From: an uncultured Chloroflexia bacterium
GTDB lineage: Bacteria; Chloroflexota; Limnocylindria; Limnocylindrales; CSP1-4
Assembly: GCA_963749705.1 (NCBI GenBank)
Contig: CAVVNQ010000015.1
Location: 288,001-352,000, forward strand
Direction: 5' to 3'
DNA length: 64,000 bases
Made by a program: the position numbers and the translations under genes. Under the pieces are notes generated by a model, which was not told the origin of the DNA, made no database searches, and worked only from the letters and a program-made list of their open reading frames with translations. Positions 42,210 through 51,302 of the stretch are shown in pieces (position 1 is the stretch's first letter; every line of letters begins with the position of its first letter).

Positions 42210-42355
42210 CCCGTCCTCCACCCAAGCGCCCTCGCTGCATCGGCGAGTCATGGCCACCCGGGTCATGGCCAATTCTATGAGGCCACCGCGGGGTTCCCGG
42301 GTTCGTGTTCTCGGCGCCAGCCCGACGCGTGACCACAGCGCAGCCTGGCTGCGGA

Positions 42356-42850
42356 TCAGCCGGGCCCGGGCGGACCCGCAAGGCGCTCGAGGATCACCTT
42401 CTCCAGCGACAGGATCCGTTCCTCCAGCGTCTCGACGCGCCGCAGGATCGCGGCGTTGCCCTCGAGCAGGCGCTCGTTCTGCGTCTCCTCCAGATCGGCT
42501 TCGGCGGCCGCATGCTCGAGGGTGAGCCGATCCCGCGTCGACGACCGGTTCGAGGCCAGCAGGATCAGCGGGGAGGCGTAGGCCGCCTGGGTCGAGAACA
42601 CGAGGTTGAGCAGGATGAACGGGAACGGGTCGAAATGGAACAGCAGCCACACGTTGCCCAGGATCCACAGGGTGACGAAGATCGTCTGGAGGATCAGGAA
42701 TCGCCAGCTGCCGATGAAGCCGACCACCTTGTCGGCCACGCGGGCGCCCATCGGCGCGTTGTCGATCAGCGCCTGATTGACCGGGTGCCGGCTGCGCCCG
42801 CCCATCGCGATCCCTGCCTGGCGAAGCACGTCCCGTGCCGAGTGCCGCAT
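42356..42850 (-). CDS. DUF1003-family membrane protein
   Basis: GSWRF...FDPFPFILLNLVFSTQAAYASPLILLASNR signature; GGAGG RBS. Confidence 0.88.
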   Translation of the reverse strand: MRHSARDVLRQAGIAMGGRSRHPVNQALIDNAPMGARVADKVVGFIGSWRFLILQTIFVTLWILGNVWLLFHFDPFPFILLNLVFSTQAAYASPLILLASNRSSTRDRLTLEHAAAEADLEETQNERLLEGNAAILRRVETLEERILSLEKVILERLAGPPGPG

Positions 42851-42980
42851 CGTGGCCTCCGAGCCGCAAGCCGACCGGCACACGCCGGTGGACGCGGTCA
42901 AGGTAGTCCGATCCTCCCTTGGGTGCCGGCGCTCGCGATCGCGACCCGCCGGGGATCGGGGTGGGGTGGGCGACGACGCC

Positions 42981-44189
42981 TCAGCGACGCCGGCCGAACA
43001 GGCCGCCCTTGCGCTCCTTGCCGGCAGGCGCGTCGGCGGCCTCGGCCCCGAACACGATCCCGAACAGGTCTCGAAGTCTGGTCGCCGGCAGCGTCTTGGG
43101 CGCGCTGCGAACGACCGGAACACCTTCGTTCGCCGCCTTGAGGTAGATGAACGGGTCGTACGGCAGGTCGGACGTGATCTTGGCGCCCAGGGCGCTCTCG
43201 ATGTCGCCGCGCCGGAGCAGGTCCCGGGCAAAGGCGTTGTTGAGCACGAACATCGTCGTCGCCCCGACCGCGCCCGTCTCGGCCAGCTGGTCCAGCAGCA
43301 GGTGGACCGCGTTGAGCGCCGGGATCTCCGGCAGCACCGGGATGATCACGACGTCCGAGCGGCTGAACAGCGCCAGCATCCGCTCGTCCAACGACGCTCC
43401 CGCATCGATGATGACGACCTCGTACCCCTCGAGGGCCCGGGCGACGATCCTCTCGGCATGCTCGCCGGTGAACAGCGGCGCGAACCCCGGTGTCGGCGGG
43501 GCAGCGAGCAGCTGGAGGCCGCTCGCGTGATGCACGGCATAGGTCCGGAACAGCTCGACCTCGTTCAGGGCGTTCTCGTCCCGAATGAGCTCCAGCAGCG
43601 TCTGCTTGGGCTGGAGGTTCAGGTGCGAGGCGACCTGGCCGAACGAGAGGTCGAAATCGATGATCACGGCCCGGTTCTGGTGGCGCTCCGCGGCGAGCAG
43701 GGCAAGGTTGGTCGCGACCGTGGTCGTCCCGACGCCGCCCTTGGGGCTGAACACCGTCACGACGCGACGCGCCTGCGGATTGCCGATCGGCGCGTTGGCG
43801 ACGGAGCGCCCGTCCTGGGCTCGCTGGAAGCGCAGCGACAGGGCCTCGATGCGCGCCTCGAGCTCGGCGGCGTCGAACGGCTTGGTGATGACATCGTCGG
43901 CGCCCGATTCGAGCAACGCGATCCGTGCTTCGACATCGTCGGTCTGGGCAACCGCGAGGATGGGCAGCCCGGCCGTCCGAGCCTCGGAGCGAAGCTCGGT
44001 CACGATGGCGCCGACGGTGGTCGTCGGCGGGATCTCGTCGATCACGATCAGGCTGTGGCCCGCCGCGTCGCGAAGGAGCTCCTCGGGCAGCGAGACCGTG
44101 GTGACCCCGTGACCGGGCCGCGCGAGCGCGGCCGACAGGGCTTCCGCGGAGACGGGGTCCGCGGCGAGGAGGAGGATCGAGAGTTGCAC
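42981..44189 (-). CDS. cpaE: CpaE/TadZ-type pilus localisation protein (receiver + MinD/ParA-like ATPase)
   Basis: Atypical receiver domain ending GADDVITKPF, then deviant Walker A SPKGGVGTTT and DFDLSFG. Confidence 0.85.
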   Translation of the reverse strand: MQLSILLLAADPVSAEALSAALARPGHGVTTVSLPEELLRDAAGHSLIVIDEIPPTTTVGAIVTELRSEARTAGLPILAVAQTDDVEARIALLESGADDVITKPFDAAELEARIEALSLRFQRAQDGRSVANAPIGNPQARRVVTVFSPKGGVGTTTVATNLALLAAERHQNRAVIIDFDLSFGQVASHLNLQPKQTLLELIRDENALNEVELFRTYAVHHASGLQLLAAPPTPGFAPLFTGEHAERIVARALEGYEVVIIDAGASLDERMLALFSRSDVVIIPVLPEIPALNAVHLLLDQLAETGAVGATTMFVLNNAFARDLLRRGDIESALGAKITSDLPYDPFIYLKAANEGVPVVRSAPKTLPATRLRDLFGIVFGAEAADAPAGKERKGGLFGRRR

Positions 44190-44369
44190 GAAGCCCCCGG
44201 GACGATGAACGACGGGATGACGGCGGAGAGCATACACGGGAGTTCCCGGCATCGGCAGGCGTCGGTCCGCCATCCGGTGCGATGCCCGCGGCGGGGTCGC
44301 GCTGTCGAGGGGCCGGGCGGCCGTCGCCGGAGGGCCGTCGCAGGAGGGACCCGTGCTATCCTTCCGCGG

Positions 44370-44425
44370 TCCTTTCGGCTCCGCCCGGCATTGTCCGCCA
44401 GCGGGGCAGATCCCATAGGAAGGAG
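44370..44425 (+). promoter_or_regulatory. Probable S6:S18-responsive rpsF leader
   Basis: TCCTTTC (44370-76) can pair with SD-containing GGAAGGA (44418-24); inner stem GCTCCGC/GCGGGGC; unpaired CCC; TATCCT -10 upstream. Confidence 0.6.
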
Positions 44426-44436
44426 TCAAGCAGGCC

Positions 44437-44871
44437 GTGCGCCGCTACGAACTCATGCTCGTCATCCGGCCGGATGCGCCGGACGACAAGGTCTCGGCGG
44501 TCATCGACCGCACCACCCGCTACCTCGTGGCCGCGGGTGGGCAGATCGTCAAGGTGGCGCCCTGGGGCCGCCGCCGCCTCGCGTACCCGATCGACCGCCA
44601 CCGCGAGGGCTCGTACCACATCATCGTGTTCGAGTCCCCGGCCGAGGCGATCGCGGAGCTCGAGCGCAGCCTCCTGATCACCGAGGAGGTCCTGCGCCAC
44701 CTCGTCACGCGTGCGATCCGTCCCGTCAAGGTGCGTCGAGATTCCGCTGCATCCGATGATGACGCGGCCGAGTCCGAGCTCCCGTCCGGCGACGAGGAGG
44801 GCCTGGACGACGAGGACGGAGAGCGGATCGACGAATCCGAGAGCGAGGCCGCACCCGCGGCCATCGACTGA
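44437..44871 (+). CDS. rpsF: 30S ribosomal protein S6 with acidic tail
   Basis: MRRYELMLVIRPD, WGRRRLAYPI, EEVLRHL. Confidence 0.97.
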   Translation: MRRYELMLVIRPDAPDDKVSAVIDRTTRYLVAAGGQIVKVAPWGRRRLAYPIDRHREGSYHIIVFESPAEAIAELERSLLITEEVLRHLVTRAIRPVKVRRDSAASDDDAAESELPSGDEEGLDDEDGERIDESESEAAPAAID

Positions 44872-44886
44872 GGCGGGAGTTCTGCG

Positions 44887-45363
44887 ATGGCGTCGTTGTC
44901 CAAGGTCTCGATCATCGGCAACCTCGGGCGTGATCCCGAGATGCGGTACACGCCCAACGGTCGCCCGGTGACCGAGTTCAGCGTGGCGGTCAACCAGAGC
45001 ACCAAGAACCAGCAGACCGGCGAGTGGGTCGAGGCGACCGACTGGTTCCGGGTCACCGTGTGGGGTGATCGCGCCGAGCGGACCGCGGAGCAGCTCCACA
45101 AGGGCAACCGCGTGTTCGTCGAGGGCCGCTTCCGTACCCGCGAGTTCGAGGCGCGCGACGGCCAGAAGCGCACGTCGCTCGAGGTCACCGCGGACAGCGT
45201 GATCAACCTCGACCCCCGCGTCCGGGACGATGCCGAGGGCACGTTCGGCGCGCCGGCCGGCGGCAGCGCTGGAGCCGGTGGCAGCGCCGGTGGCCAGGGC
45301 GCCCCGGTTCGCCCGACCCGGGCTCCCAGCGACGGCGACGACCTCGACGACCTCCCGTTCTGA
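44887..45363 (+). CDS. ssb: Single-stranded DNA-binding protein
   Basis: IGNLGRDPEMRYTPNG, C-terminal DDLPF. Confidence 0.98.
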   Translation: MASLSKVSIIGNLGRDPEMRYTPNGRPVTEFSVAVNQSTKNQQTGEWVEATDWFRVTVWGDRAERTAEQLHKGNRVFVEGRFRTREFEARDGQKRTSLEVTADSVINLDPRVRDDAEGTFGAPAGGSAGAGGSAGGQGAPVRPTRAPSDGDDLDDLPF

Positions 45364-45431
45364 CCCCTTCCGCGGCCTCGCGCCGCCCCGGCGGCCACGC
45401 GCCGCCACCAGCAACCCAGGAGACCTGAGCC

Positions 45432-45695
45432 ATGGCCCCCAAGTCGAACAAGCGCGACGACTACTACCGTGACCGCCGCCGCCGCAAGGTGTGCTCGTTC
45501 TGCGCGGACAAGACGGCGATCATCGACTACAAGGAGGTCAACCGCCTCCGTCGGTACCTGTCCGAGCGCGCCAAGATCGAGCCCCGCCGCAAGACCGGCA
45601 CCTGCGCGGCCCACCAGCGCGAGCTCGCCGTGGCGCTCAAGCGCGCCCGGCACGTCGCGTTGCTGCCGTACGCGCCCCAGCACCTCCGCCCCTGA
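45432..45695 (+). CDS. rpsR: 30S ribosomal protein S18 (zinc-binding type)
   Basis: [26 protein letters not shown]. Confidence 0.98.
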   Translation: MAPKSNKRDDYYRDRRRRKVCSFCADKTAIIDYKEVNRLRRYLSERAKIEPRRKTGTCAAHQRELAVALKRARHVALLPYAPQHLRP

Positions 45696-45752
45696 CCCGG
45701 TGACGGGTCTCGGCGCCGTCGGGGACAGCCGGGCCGCGCCGGCGGATTCCCG

Positions 45753-46652
45753 ATGATCGCCGGGCTGGGTCTGTTCGCCGGCGGCGCGGCCGCGGGGCTG
45801 TTCGGGTCGCTGCTGGGCCTGGGCGGCGGCATCCTCCTGGTCCCGCTGCTCACGCTCGGGTTCGGGCGGCCCCTGCGCGAGGCGGTCGCCGTCTCCCTGG
45901 TGTCCGTGATCGTCACCTCGAGCGCCTCGGCCAGCGTGTACCTGCAGCGGCACGTCGCCAACCTGCGGCTCGGAATGGTCCTGGAGGTGTTCACGGCCGG
46001 CGGCGCGCTGGTCGGTGGCCTGATCACGTTCCTGCTGCCCGCCGCCGTTCTCCAGGCGTTGTTCGCGATCCTCCTCATCTGGGTCGCCGTTTCGATGCTG
46101 CGCAGGCGGGATCCTGCCGCCCCCGTGCCCGTCGCGATCGACGACGATCGGGCGGGCGTCCCGCTCGACGATCCCGGGTCGGGACCGTCGGCCGGGGTCG
46201 TCGCCGGCGCCACGGCCGGACCCACCCTCGATGTGCCCGAACATCCCGGCCTCGCGGCGTCGCTGTCGGGCGAGGGCTACCTGGTCAGGCGGTTGCCGTT
46301 CGGCATGGCCGGTGCGCTCGGCGCGGGCGTCGTCTCGGCGCTCCTGGGTGTCGGAGGCGGGATCATCAAGGTGCCGGTCATGCACCTGATCATGGGTGTC
46401 CCGCTCAAGGTCTCGACGGCGACCAGCAACATGATGATCGGCGTCACCGCGACGTCCTCGGCGGTGATCTACCTGCTCCGTGACCAGATCAACCCGTACG
46501 TCGCGGGTCCGGTGGCGGCCGGGGTGTTCGTGGGCGCCTCCCTCGGAGCCCGGATCATCAACCGCGTCAACGTCGACCTGCTGCGCTGGCTGTTCGTCGT
46601 CGTCCTGCTCGTGACCGCCGTCCAGATGGCGCTCAAGGCGCTGGGCCTGTGA
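45753..46652 (+). CDS. TauE/SafE-family sulfite exporter
   Basis: Two GLGGG/GVGGG..VP repeats, multiple TM helices. Confidence 0.92.
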   Translation: MIAGLGLFAGGAAAGLFGSLLGLGGGILLVPLLTLGFGRPLREAVAVSLVSVIVTSSASASVYLQRHVANLRLGMVLEVFTAGGALVGGLITFLLPAAVLQALFAILLIWVAVSMLRRRDPAAPVPVAIDDDRAGVPLDDPGSGPSAGVVAGATAGPTLDVPEHPGLAASLSGEGYLVRRLPFGMAGALGAGVVSALLGVGGGIIKVPVMHLIMGVPLKVSTATSNMMIGVTATSSAVIYLLRDQINPYVAGPVAAGVFVGASLGARIINRVNVDLLRWLFVVVLLVTAVQMALKALGL

Positions 46653-47047
46653 CCGGCGGGCCCGCGACCGGGCGTTCGTCCGGTAGCGACGCGGCGTTCG
46701 CCATCGAGGCAGCCATCGCCCGGCTGCTGACCGTCGGCACCTACACGGCGATCGGGCTGGTCGTCATCGGCGTCGTGGGCATGCTGGTGTCGGGGATCGA
46801 CCCGCTGGCCGATCGGACACCGCCGCCGTTCGACCTCGGCCACCTGCCCGCGGACCTGCTCGCCGCGCGTCCGGAGGCGTTCCTGTGGGTGGGGCTGGTC
46901 ACCGTGCTGGGTCTCCCGGTCGGCCGGGTGGTCGTGGCCGGTGTCGGGTTCCTCGCCGCGGGCGACCGGCGGCTGGCTCTCGTGTCCGCGGCCGTGCTCC
47001 TGATCGTGGTGGCGTCGGTTGTCGCGGCGATCGGCCTGGGAGGCTGA
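46649..47047 (+). CDS. DUF1634-family membrane protein
   Basis: IARLLTVG..GLVTVLGLPVGRVV; usual partner of TauE genes; GTGA overlap. Confidence 0.8.
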   Translation: MTGGPATGRSSGSDAAFAIEAAIARLLTVGTYTAIGLVVIGVVGMLVSGIDPLADRTPPPFDLGHLPADLLAARPEAFLWVGLVTVLGLPVGRVVVAGVGFLAAGDRRLALVSAAVLLIVVASVVAAIGLGG

Positions 47048-48096
47048 TGGACGTCCTCGTCCTCGCCCTCGCGTTCCTGATCATCCTGGTCGGCGCGGAG
47101 CTGTTCACGAATGGCATCGAGTGGTTCGGGCGCAAGCTCGAGCTCGCCCAGGGGGCGGTGGGCTCGGTCCTGGCCGCGGTCGGGACCGCGCTTCCCGAGA
47201 CGCTCATCCCGATCATCGCGATCGTGTTCAGCCGCAGCGGCGCGACCAATGACATCGGCATCGGCGCCATCCTGGGTGCGCCGTTCATGCTCTCGACGCT
47301 GGCCATGTTCGTCACCGGTGTCGGCGTGCTCGCCTTCCGTCGGCGACGTCCGACCGCGACCCGGATGGCGGTCGACACCGTCGTGCTGGTCCACGACATG
47401 CGCTACTTCGCGATGGCGTACGCGCTGGCCATCGCCGCCGCGTTCCTGCCCTCCGAGCTCGGCTGGGGACGCCTGGTCGTGGCCGCCGCGCTGCTCCTGA
47501 TCTATGCCCGGTACGTGCGGGTCCACTTTGCCGCCGAGGCGGACCTCGACGAGGAGACGCTCGCGCCGCTGCGGTTCCAGAACCTCGATCCATCGGCGCA
47601 GCCGGGGCACGGGTCGGCGCCGCGCCTGCGGATCGTCACGACCCAGGTGCTCGCGGCCCTCGCGTGCATCGTCGGTGGCGCCTACATGTTCGTGGGCGCG
47701 GTCGAGCACCTTGCCGCGTCGATCGGCGTCAGCGAGATCCTGCTCGCGCTCGTGATCGCGCCCATCGCCACCGAGCTGCCCGAGAAGTTCAACTCGCTGA
47801 TCTGGGTGCGGCAGGGCAAGGACACGCTCGCGATGGGCAACATCACCGGGGCGATGGTGTTCCAGTCGGCGATCCCCACCGTGGTCGCGCTGGTGCTGGC
47901 GGGTGACAGCTGGCGCGTCAGCGGCGATTCGGCCGTCGCCTTCGCGAGCGCCGGGATCGCCTTCCTCGCGGTCGGCGCGGTGTTCCTGCCCATGTGGCGC
48001 CGGGCCCGCCTCGACGGGCGGGCACTGCTCGTCGGCGGGGCGTTCTACCTCGGCTACCTTGCCCTCGTGGTGGCCCATCTCGCCGGTCTCGTGTAG
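47047..48096 (+). CDS. Sodium:calcium antiporter (CaCA family)
   Basis: Alpha repeats GTALPE and ATELPE, GNITGA. Confidence 0.92.
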   Translation: MDVLVLALAFLIILVGAELFTNGIEWFGRKLELAQGAVGSVLAAVGTALPETLIPIIAIVFSRSGATNDIGIGAILGAPFMLSTLAMFVTGVGVLAFRRRRPTATRMAVDTVVLVHDMRYFAMAYALAIAAAFLPSELGWGRLVVAAALLLIYARYVRVHFAAEADLDEETLAPLRFQNLDPSAQPGHGSAPRLRIVTTQVLAALACIVGGAYMFVGAVEHLAASIGVSEILLALVIAPIATELPEKFNSLIWVRQGKDTLAMGNITGAMVFQSAIPTVVALVLAGDSWRVSGDSAVAFASAGIAFLAVGAVFLPMWRRARLDGRALLVGGAFYLGYLALVVAHLAGLV

Positions 48097-48254
48097 GAGG
48101 CGTTCGGCGACATCCGGCGCCTGCCGGCGCCGTCCCGGCCGGTCCGGCGAGCCGGTCCGTCACGGTGATCCGAGCGAGCCGCGTGCTAGACTCGGGCCAC
48201 CCACGAGCCACTTCGGAGCGGCCATCGCGCCGCCCGCGCGACTGGAGCAGAGAG

Positions 48255-49226
48255 ATGCTCACCGAGCAGCCGTCGGCCTCGACGGCACCCACGCAGCCCC
48301 GCCAGCTGGACGACCTGATCGCCTATTTCGAGGGCGACTGGGTCCCCATGCGGGACGCCAGGGTCAGCATCATGACCCACGCGTTCATGTACGGCACGGC
48401 CACGTTCGAGGGCATCCGGGCGTACTGGAACGCGGACCAGGGCCGCCTGTACGCGCTGTTCGTGCGCTCCCACGTCGAGCGGATCCGCAACTCGGCGAAG
48501 ATGCTGCTCATGGACCCGGTCCCGTCCGCGGACGAGCTGGTGGCGATCATCACCGAGACGATCCGGCGCAACAGGTTCACCGAGGACGTGTACATCCGGC
48601 CCTCGTTCTACAAGAGCACCCGTGCGATCGGCGTGCGGCTCCACCACCTCGAGCACGAGCTGTACGTGATCGCCGTCCCGTTCGGGAACTACCTCGACAT
48701 CGACAAGGGCATCCGCCTCCAGACGTCGTCGTGGCGCCGCAACGCGGACGAGGCGCTGCCGGCGCGGGGCAAGATCGTCGGCGGCTACGTGAACATGGCG
48801 TTCCAGAAGTCCGAAGCGGAGCTCAACGGCTTTGACGAGGCCCTGGTGCTCGCGCCCGACGGCCACGCGTCCGAGGCATCGGCCGCCAACCTGTTCATCG
48901 TGCGCGACAAGACGGTCATCACGCCGCCGCTGTCGGACGACATCCTCGAGGGCGTGACCCGCAAGGCGGTGATCCAGCTCGCGGCCGACGCCGGGATCGA
49001 CGTGGACGTGCGCTCCATCGACCGCTCGGAGCTGTACGTGTGCGATGAGGCGTTCCTGTGTGGCACCGGGGTTCAGGTCAGCCCGGTGATCGAGGTCGAC
49101 CATCGCCGGGTCGGCGACGGAGCGGTGGGACCGGTGGCGCGCCTGATCAGCGAGCGCTACTTCGCGGCCGTCCGCGGCAACCTGCCCGAGTACCGCAACT
49201 GGCTCACGGAGATCACGCCGGACTGA
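48255..49226 (+). CDS. ilvE: Branched-chain amino acid aminotransferase
   Basis: YGTATFEGIRAY, GFDEAL, ILEGVTR, DEAFLCGTG. Confidence 0.93.
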   Translation: MLTEQPSASTAPTQPRQLDDLIAYFEGDWVPMRDARVSIMTHAFMYGTATFEGIRAYWNADQGRLYALFVRSHVERIRNSAKMLLMDPVPSADELVAIITETIRRNRFTEDVYIRPSFYKSTRAIGVRLHHLEHELYVIAVPFGNYLDIDKGIRLQTSSWRRNADEALPARGKIVGGYVNMAFQKSEAELNGFDEALVLAPDGHASEASAANLFIVRDKTVITPPLSDDILEGVTRKAVIQLAADAGIDVDVRSIDRSELYVCDEAFLCGTGVQVSPVIEVDHRRVGDGAVGPVARLISERYFAAVRGNLPEYRNWLTEITPD

Positions 49227-49285
49227 CCTCGCCCGGGGATCACGCACGGTCGTCGTACGAGCTGCGCCCGACCTCCGTCACCGGC

Positions 49286-51115
49286 TCAGCCGGGACCCTC
49301 GACCGACAGGTTCGGTGCGTCCTTGCCCAGCGTCACCACGATGCTGGCGGGAATCGTCGGATCCGTCGCCATCGTCGCCGTCACCTTGAACAGCCCCTCG
49401 AGATAGGTGATCGACGCGGCCACGTCCGATTCCGAGCCGTTGTAGACCACGATCTTGGTCTTCGCTGCCGTCGGCGCCCCCTGGTTCGGTGCCGACGCGT
49501 CAAGACCGGCGTAGGCGAGGTAATCGGCCACGTTCGACGCGAGGCCGGTGCGGCCCGAGGCGTTGACGACCCACACCTGCGCCTGCTCGGCGGCGAGCTG
49601 CTCCTGCTGTGCCAGCAGCTTCGGATCCACCGTGAACGCGCTGGCCACGGCCCGGCGGATGCGGGCCGCGTTGATCACGATGTCGCTGTTGGTCCCGTGC
49701 GACGGCCCCCACATGTCCGTGGAGTAGTACGGCGGCGCAAAGACGAACGAGCGCAGGTTCCGGGTATCGATCTGCTGCGACAGCGACAGCAGCGGGCCGA
49801 TCATGGACACCGGCATGTCGGTCTTGATCGACCGCTGGAGCGTGTTGAGCAGATCCGGCAGGTTGGCCATGATCGCCTGCGGATTGACCTGGTCACGGAC
49901 CGAGATCAGCACGCGCTGTTGCCGGCGACCACGGTCGAAGTCGTCGGATCCGTGTCGCGAACGGGCGTAGATCAACGCCTCGGAGCCCGTCATGTGCTGC
50001 GGGCCTGCCGGGATGTACACGCGCTGGGTCCCCGAGTCTCCGGGGTAGTGGTCGTCCGCGACCGGGATCTGGACGTTGATCTGCGCTCCGCCGAGCGTGT
50101 CCACGACCCGCGTGAAGCCCGCGAAGTTGACCATCACGTAATACGGGATGTCGATGCCGTAGAGCTCGCCGAGGATCGCCTTGAGGGCATTGAAGCCACG
50201 GGTCGTGGGGGTCTCACCCGACCACAGCTTGGTCCGGTTGCGGTTCTGGGTCCACCAGCTGTTGATCTTGCCCTGATAGGTGCTGCCCCACAGCGAGCGA
50301 GCGTTCGCGGGCACCGGGACGCCCACGCTGTCGCGAGGAAGCTGGAACATCGCGATCTGCTTGGTCTTGGGGTCGATCGAGACGACGATCATGGTGTCCG
50401 TGTTGAAGCTGCTGTCACCCGGCCGCTGGTCGCTGCCGACGAGCAGCACGTTGAGGCGGTCCGTACCGTTCCACGGCGGCAGCGTCGGCGCCTGGGTGCC
50501 CGTGTCCCCGCTCCCGACCGGCGTCGGGAGCACGTCGGTCGGTGATGGCTCGTCGCTCGGCTCGTCCGATGCGCCCGCCTCGCCGGAGGCCCCCGGGGAC
50601 GGGCTGGCGTCGGGCAGCTGGCAGTCCGGATCGAGGTTGTCCGCGGACAGGCAGCCGACGAAGGTCAGGGCGAGCGTGTCGTAGCGCGCCACGGCGACAT
50701 GCCCGCCGGCCATGACCAGCAGCACGGCGAGCAGCCCGGCGATCGACAGCGGGTTGAGCGGGAGCCGGGCCCGCCCCAGCCGGCCGCCCCCCGATGCGTC
50801 CGTTGCGTTGAGGAACCGGGCGACCTGCCAGGCGTCGACCGCGGCGACGATGCGGTACAGCAGGGTCACGATGTTGAGGATGAAGATCGCCGTCAGGACC
50901 TCCGGCTGGACCACGAATCCGAGCAGGTCCGCCCGGTTGGCGCGGAGGACGATGCCGGCCAGCAGCGCCAGCGACAGGAACGGGAGCGCCGCGAACGCGA
51001 GGCCGCGCGTGATCGCGCCCGCGTAGGCGTGGCCGAGGCCCGGGAAGATCAGCGACAGGAATGCCGCCGCAAAGGCTGAGCGCGAGCGAGGCGACGGTGT
51101 CCGGGTAGGCGGCAT
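49286..51115 (-). CDS. LCP-family cell-wall polymer ligase with N-terminal TM bundle and LytR_C domain
   Basis: NVLLVGSD, NTDTMIVVS, LPRDS, YARSRH, DFDRGRRQQ; VVNASGRTGLA. Confidence 0.92.
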   Translation of the reverse strand: MPPTRTPSPRSRSAFAAAFLSLIFPGLGHAYAGAITRGLAFAALPFLSLALLAGIVLRANRADLLGFVVQPEVLTAIFILNIVTLLYRIVAAVDAWQVARFLNATDASGGGRLGRARLPLNPLSIAGLLAVLLVMAGGHVAVARYDTLALTFVGCLSADNLDPDCQLPDASPSPGASGEAGASDEPSDEPSPTDVLPTPVGSGDTGTQAPTLPPWNGTDRLNVLLVGSDQRPGDSSFNTDTMIVVSIDPKTKQIAMFQLPRDSVGVPVPANARSLWGSTYQGKINSWWTQNRNRTKLWSGETPTTRGFNALKAILGELYGIDIPYYVMVNFAGFTRVVDTLGGAQINVQIPVADDHYPGDSGTQRVYIPAGPQHMTGSEALIYARSRHGSDDFDRGRRQQRVLISVRDQVNPQAIMANLPDLLNTLQRSIKTDMPVSMIGPLLSLSQQIDTRNLRSFVFAPPYYSTDMWGPSHGTNSDIVINAARIRRAVASAFTVDPKLLAQQEQLAAEQAQVWVVNASGRTGLASNVADYLAYAGLDASAPNQGAPTAAKTKIVVYNGSESDVAASITYLEGLFKVTATMATDPTIPASIVVTLGKDAPNLSVEGPG

Positions 51116-51302
51116 CGCGCGGAATGATACGACGGCCCCCGATCCGGAGCGTTCGGCCGGTCCCGGCCCGCCGTGTCCCGCTGCGGATCCAACGGGCCGC
51201 GACGGAGCGCGGGTGGGCATGGGCGCGCGACGGCGCGCCGTTCCGTAGACTGGTCACCCCGCCGCGGTTCAGCCCCGACCGTCGGTCATCCACCGAGGCC
51301 GC

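Noticed and set aside
51120-51302. T-box riboswitch upstream of ileS
   Set aside because: No T-box consensus seen; TAGACT at 51246-51251 implies a leader of only about 45 nt
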